Source: a virus (Duplodnaviria > Heunggongvirae > Uroviricota > Caudoviricetes). From it: a DNA stretch of 64,000 nt. A program made the translations under genes and the position numbers. The notes beneath the pieces are model-generated. The model made no database searches. It saw only the letters and a program-made list of their open reading frames with translations, and was not told the DNA's origin. The stretch lies in the IMG/VR virus record IMGVR_UViG_3300013121_000002, positions 43,976-107,975 of that record; one strand, 5' to 3'. Shown in pieces: positions 61,410-64,000 of this stretch; position 1 is the stretch's first letter, and each line of letters opens with the position of its first letter.

Positions 61410-61504
61410 CAAAAAGGGGAGGGTTTCGACCCTCCCCACTTGCTAATGAATTGACCCCGCCTATATGGTGGTGATGACAACCCGGTAGGAGGGGTTTCAT
61501 TACC

Positions 61505-62545
61505 ATGACTGTCCGTACCAAGTGGCACCGCCTGCGCGAACTGCTCGCCTCGGGTGAGGTTTACACCCCGGCCCCGATTGGCGGAAAGGCTGAGCATTTC
61601 AGCGAAAACGAAATCGCTGTCGATCAGGTGCGCGCGTTCTATGAGAACTGTTCGTCTCTGCCGAAGTTCGTCATTGACAACGACGCGCTCGACCTTGTCC
61701 TGAGCAGCGAGGGTCAACTGTCCATCCTCGACATGCAGCGCGCTGGCGTGCTGCGGCTGCCCTTTCCAGCCATGATCGTCGAGATACCAGTACCGCAGGC
61801 CAAGCAACATTTGATTTGCGTGCTTCGCGACGTGCGCGCCACCTCGGCCGACATTCCTTGGATTGAGGAAGGCGATCCGCCCGAGTTCGAGTTCTATGGC
61901 ATCCCGGCGCTCATCCACAACGATGACGATGGTGACTACGTCGTCATATCGCCATCAGTGCTGTACGCGTCGATCAGCAAGGTGACGGTTGAGGAGGCAA
62001 TAAATGAAATGCGAAAGCCCGACGCCAACATCGCTGGTGTGCGCTACCTGAACGACAGCGAACGCGCTGAAGCTCTGCACGAGATCACTGGTCCGCAGGC
62101 GTGGCTACGCTTTCTCGCGTCACCGCTAGTCTGGCTACCGCATAACGCGGCTGGTGATCGCCTGATCGGACAGACCTACGAGAAGTCGGCGCATAGCGTC
62201 GGCAGGGCACTGTTCGCCGCGCTGCTGCTGATGATGACCCGCGGCATGGAACGCGAGGTGATCGAGGTCGAGCGCCTGAACAAGCAACGGATCAAGCACA
62301 ACAAAATGCCGATCCCGAGCCACACCTACATTCGGATCGGGCACGTCTACCAGTCGGACGGATCGTCCCGGCAGTACGACGAGCGCAAGAGCCCTCGGCC
62401 GCACTGGCGGCGCGGTCACATCCGCAACTACCGCACCAAGGGCGGCGGCACGCGCCCGCGCTACATCCCGCCGATGCTGGTCGCCTACCATGGCGACGAC
62501 ATCGCTAACGAATTGATCGTCCCGGACTACGTTGTCAAAAAGTAG
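61505..62545 (+). CDS. Hypothetical protein
   Basis: 346 aa. Initiation motif CCGGTAGGAGGGGTTTCATTACCATG. Confidence 0.5.
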   Translation: MTVRTKWHRLRELLASGEVYTPAPIGGKAEHFSENEIAVDQVRAFYENCSSLPKFVIDNDALDLVLSSEGQLSILDMQRAGVLRLPFPAMIVEIPVPQAKQHLICVLRDVRATSADIPWIEEGDPPEFEFYGIPALIHNDDDGDYVVISPSVLYASISKVTVEEAINEMRKPDANIAGVRYLNDSERAEALHEITGPQAWLRFLASPLVWLPHNAAGDRLIGQTYEKSAHSVGRALFAALLLMMTRGMEREVIEVERLNKQRIKHNKMPIPSHTYIRIGHVYQSDGSSRQYDERKSPRPHWRRGHIRNYRTKGGGTRPRYIPPMLVAYHGDDIANELIVPDYVVKK

Positions 62546-62554
62546 GAGGCTACC

Positions 62555-63049
62555 ATGACGGATAACAGGCTGGTTTCACTGGAGGATTGGACTGAAGCGG
62601 AATGCCGGATCGCTCAGAAGATGTTCGAGAAGTTTGGTTACGTCCATCCGACATTCTTCACGGAGAACGCAGATGGTCGCCGCGCTGGCGTGGTTCTTCC
62701 CAACTGGGGAGGAAACAAGGAACTGGCTATCGCAGTGCTCCGCGCGAAGTTCAAGGCTGAAGGCATCCTGCGCTACGTCTCGTTCAGCGAGGCTTGGATG
62801 GTCACGCGCAAGCCGGACGAGCCGCTACCATCTGACCTCAGTAACCAACCAGATCGGATGGAAATCATTATGGTACACAGCGAGGAGCTTGGAGCGCCGC
62901 CACTACTCGGCTACGCCGAGGTCAAGCGCCCCACTGACGGCAAGCCGACCTTCGACCTGCCGACGTTTAGGCGCGATCCCCATTCGACAGGGCGCATGAC
63001 GCGGCTACTGGGCGAGGAAGCGCCAATTCCACAAGCGCAGCAAAACTGA
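62555..63049 (+). CDS. Hypothetical protein
   Basis: 164 aa. Initiation motif GTAGGAGGCTACCATG. Confidence 0.5.
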   Translation: MTDNRLVSLEDWTEAECRIAQKMFEKFGYVHPTFFTENADGRRAGVVLPNWGGNKELAIAVLRAKFKAEGILRYVSFSEAWMVTRKPDEPLPSDLSNQPDRMEIIMVHSEELGAPPLLGYAEVKRPTDGKPTFDLPTFRRDPHSTGRMTRLLGEEAPIPQAQQN

Positions 63050-63074
63050 TACCTGACCCTCTTGACCGCACTAA

Positions 63075-63680
63075 CGAACGCGTCTATCTAGCCGCCAGCC
63101 TCTGGTGTAGAGCACGGTTACTTCACACTTCCAATGTGACCAACGACCGGGTTCGTTATTTCCGAGGCGACCATCATTCCCGCAGGTCGCGGGGAGCGTC
63201 TGGTGTTCGAGCACGGCTACTTCGATTGATAATCGAGAGGTTGTTGGTTCGATCCCAATCAGGCCCCGCAAGGGACTTGTAGCTCAACTGGTAGAGCACT
63301 AAGCCGGGTTCAGCTTTCTTCCGGCGCTCCACCCCGACCTGCGGGAGTGTGTGGTGTGAGGGAGTTGGTGTTAGGTTACGGTTACTTCGGATGAAAGCTA
63401 CGGGCTCTTAACCCGTTCGCTCCATGGTGGTTCAAATCCACCAAACCGGAACCGCCTTTTCCACTCCCTCGCTCCACACACGCAGATCAATTCGAGTGGC
63501 GCGTACCCTCTGGTGCAGATCACGGGTACTTCGCCTCTGGAGCGGGAGGTCGTTGGTTCGAATCCAACCGGGTCCACCATTCTACGGGCCTGTAGCTCAG
63601 CGGTTAGAGCGCCTAACGTAACCGGGATCGTCCTTTCCGAGGATACGCCCCACTCGAATTGATTTGCATTGGCCGCCCCT
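63075..63680 (+). ncRNA. Cluster of tRNA-like / Y-RNA-like (YrlA-type) structured RNAs upstream of a Ro60-like gene
   Basis: Canonical D-arms: GTAGCTCAACTGGTAGAGC at ~63280, GTAGCTCAGCGGTTAGAGC at ~63598. T-arms with encoded CCA: GTTGGTTCGAATCCAACCGGGTCCACCA at ~63560; GGTGGTTCAAATCCACC at ~63427; GTTGGTTCGATCCCAAT at ~63244. None assembles into a colinear canonical tRNA. A tCTGGTGyAGAgCACGGyTACTTCG module repeats four times. Confidence 0.45.
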
Positions 63681-63683
63681 GCT

Positions 63684-63709
63684 CCTACATCCAGAGGTGT
63701 AGGTTTTTT
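63684..63709 (+). terminator. Rho-independent terminator
   Basis: CCUACA-UCCAGAGG-UGUAGG followed by UUUUUU. Confidence 0.55.
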
Positions 63710-63726
63710 CTAACAGGGGAATGACC

Positions 63727-64000
63727 ATGCGTACCAACCGCTCAAGCACTGCTCCTGCGCCGCGCACCCACGAGGGTGCGGTCGCTTCGCGAATCAACGC
63801 CGAGGCTCAGCTTCGACGCTCCGTGATGTCGTGCCTCCTGTGGGAGGACGAGTTCTATGAGTCTGGCGAGGAGATCGCCAAGCGCATTGCCCGCCTCGTC
63901 GGCGAGGTGAAGCCCGAGATCGTTAGCGCCATCGCTATCGAGGCGCGGTCGGACGGCAACCTCCGTCACGTCCCGCTCCTGCTCGCGCGCACGCTGGCGC
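63727..64000 (+). CDS. rsr: Ro60/TROVE-domain (Rsr-like) protein, N-terminal part; continues beyond the window
   Basis: MRTNRSSTAPAPRTHEGAVASRINAEAQLRRSVMSCLLWEDEFYESGEEIAKRIARLVGEVKPEIVSAIAIEARSDGNLRHVPLLLARTLA matches the TROVE N-terminal pattern (LRRFL.LGSEGGTYY...E..A...ALFALA). Confidence 0.55.
   Translation, partial: MRTNRSSTAPAPRTHEGAVASRINAEAQLRRSVMSCLLWEDEFYESGEEIAKRIARLVGEVKPEIVSAIAIEARSDGNLRHVPLLLARTLA

Noticed and set aside
63244-63600. Group-I-intron-containing tRNA (5' half at ~63273 and 3' parts ~120-330 nt away)
   Set aside because: The acceptor strands of the nearby halves are not complementary (GGGACUU vs available 3' strands). The intervening sequence is too short and lacks intron core motifs. 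Tandem tRNA-like/Y-RNA-like modules are more parsimonious.

Overview
A 64-kb stretch of a high-GC (roughly 60-65%) tailed-phage or prophage genome, with compact gene packing, ATGA stop/start overlaps and strong GGAGG-type Shine-Dalgarno sites.

Minus-strand virion module (1-9.7 kb), transcribed right to left: a giant (>1360 aa) polyvalent virion protein, truncated by the window start; a portal-like protein; the terminase large subunit; and a few small membrane proteins.

Minus-strand anti-restriction/accessory island (9.7-16 kb): a Lar-like restriction-alleviation protein, an MT-A70 N6-adenine methyltransferase, a vWA protein and a MazG pyrophosphohydrolase. An Hjc-like resolvase is also in this block.

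Minus-strand replication/recombination module (16-30.3 kb): an HNH endonuclease, a RecA-like ATPase, a repeat-tailed SSB-like protein, a DnaX-like clamp loader, family-A DNA polymerase, a possible beta clamp, an Ala/Lys-repeat histone-H1-like protein, a DnaG-like primase, an SNF2 helicase and a DnaB-like helicase.

Repeat array (30.5-32.3 kb): an unusual array of about 60-bp conserved modules. Each carries two hairpins. Read on the minus strand, each is an intrinsic terminator immediately followed by a TTGACA-N17 promoter-like element. The modules are separated by strongly strand-asymmetric CA-rich/GG-rich spacers. This looks like a tandem small-RNA gene array or terminator cascade.

Divergent regulatory region (32.8-35.5 kb): palindromic operator-like repeats.

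Plus-strand regulatory operon (36.3-38 kb): a NusG/RfaH-like antiterminator, a small PRTase and a sigma-70 family factor, all behind a 740-bp ORF-free leader.

SbcCD-like nuclease pair (38.3-41.2 kb, minus strand).

dCTP deaminase (41.5 kb, plus strand).

Other non-coding regions: tRNA-like fragments with encoded CCA arranged as permuted T-arm/acceptor-hairpin/D-arm modules at 43.7-44.3 kb and again at 63.1-63.7 kb. The second cluster lies directly upstream of a Ro60/TROVE-like gene, the arrangement expected for Y-RNA-like (YrlA-type) tRNA mimics.

Minus-strand moron block (44.5-48.4 kb): includes a HigB/HigA-like toxin-antitoxin pair.

Plus-strand early-like block (48.6-63 kb): small genes that nearly all carry a conserved translation-initiation motif CCTGTAGGAGGGAAACGAAAATG. 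Recognisable ones include DUF6011-, DUF2786-, DUF551- and DUF932-like proteins, a HAD phosphatase, an SPFH/band-7 protein and a tRNA-Asn.

Caveats: all coordinates derived by hand, as opposed to those taken from the ORF track, may be off by a nucleotide or two. Domain calls are motif-based from reading translations, not database searches.
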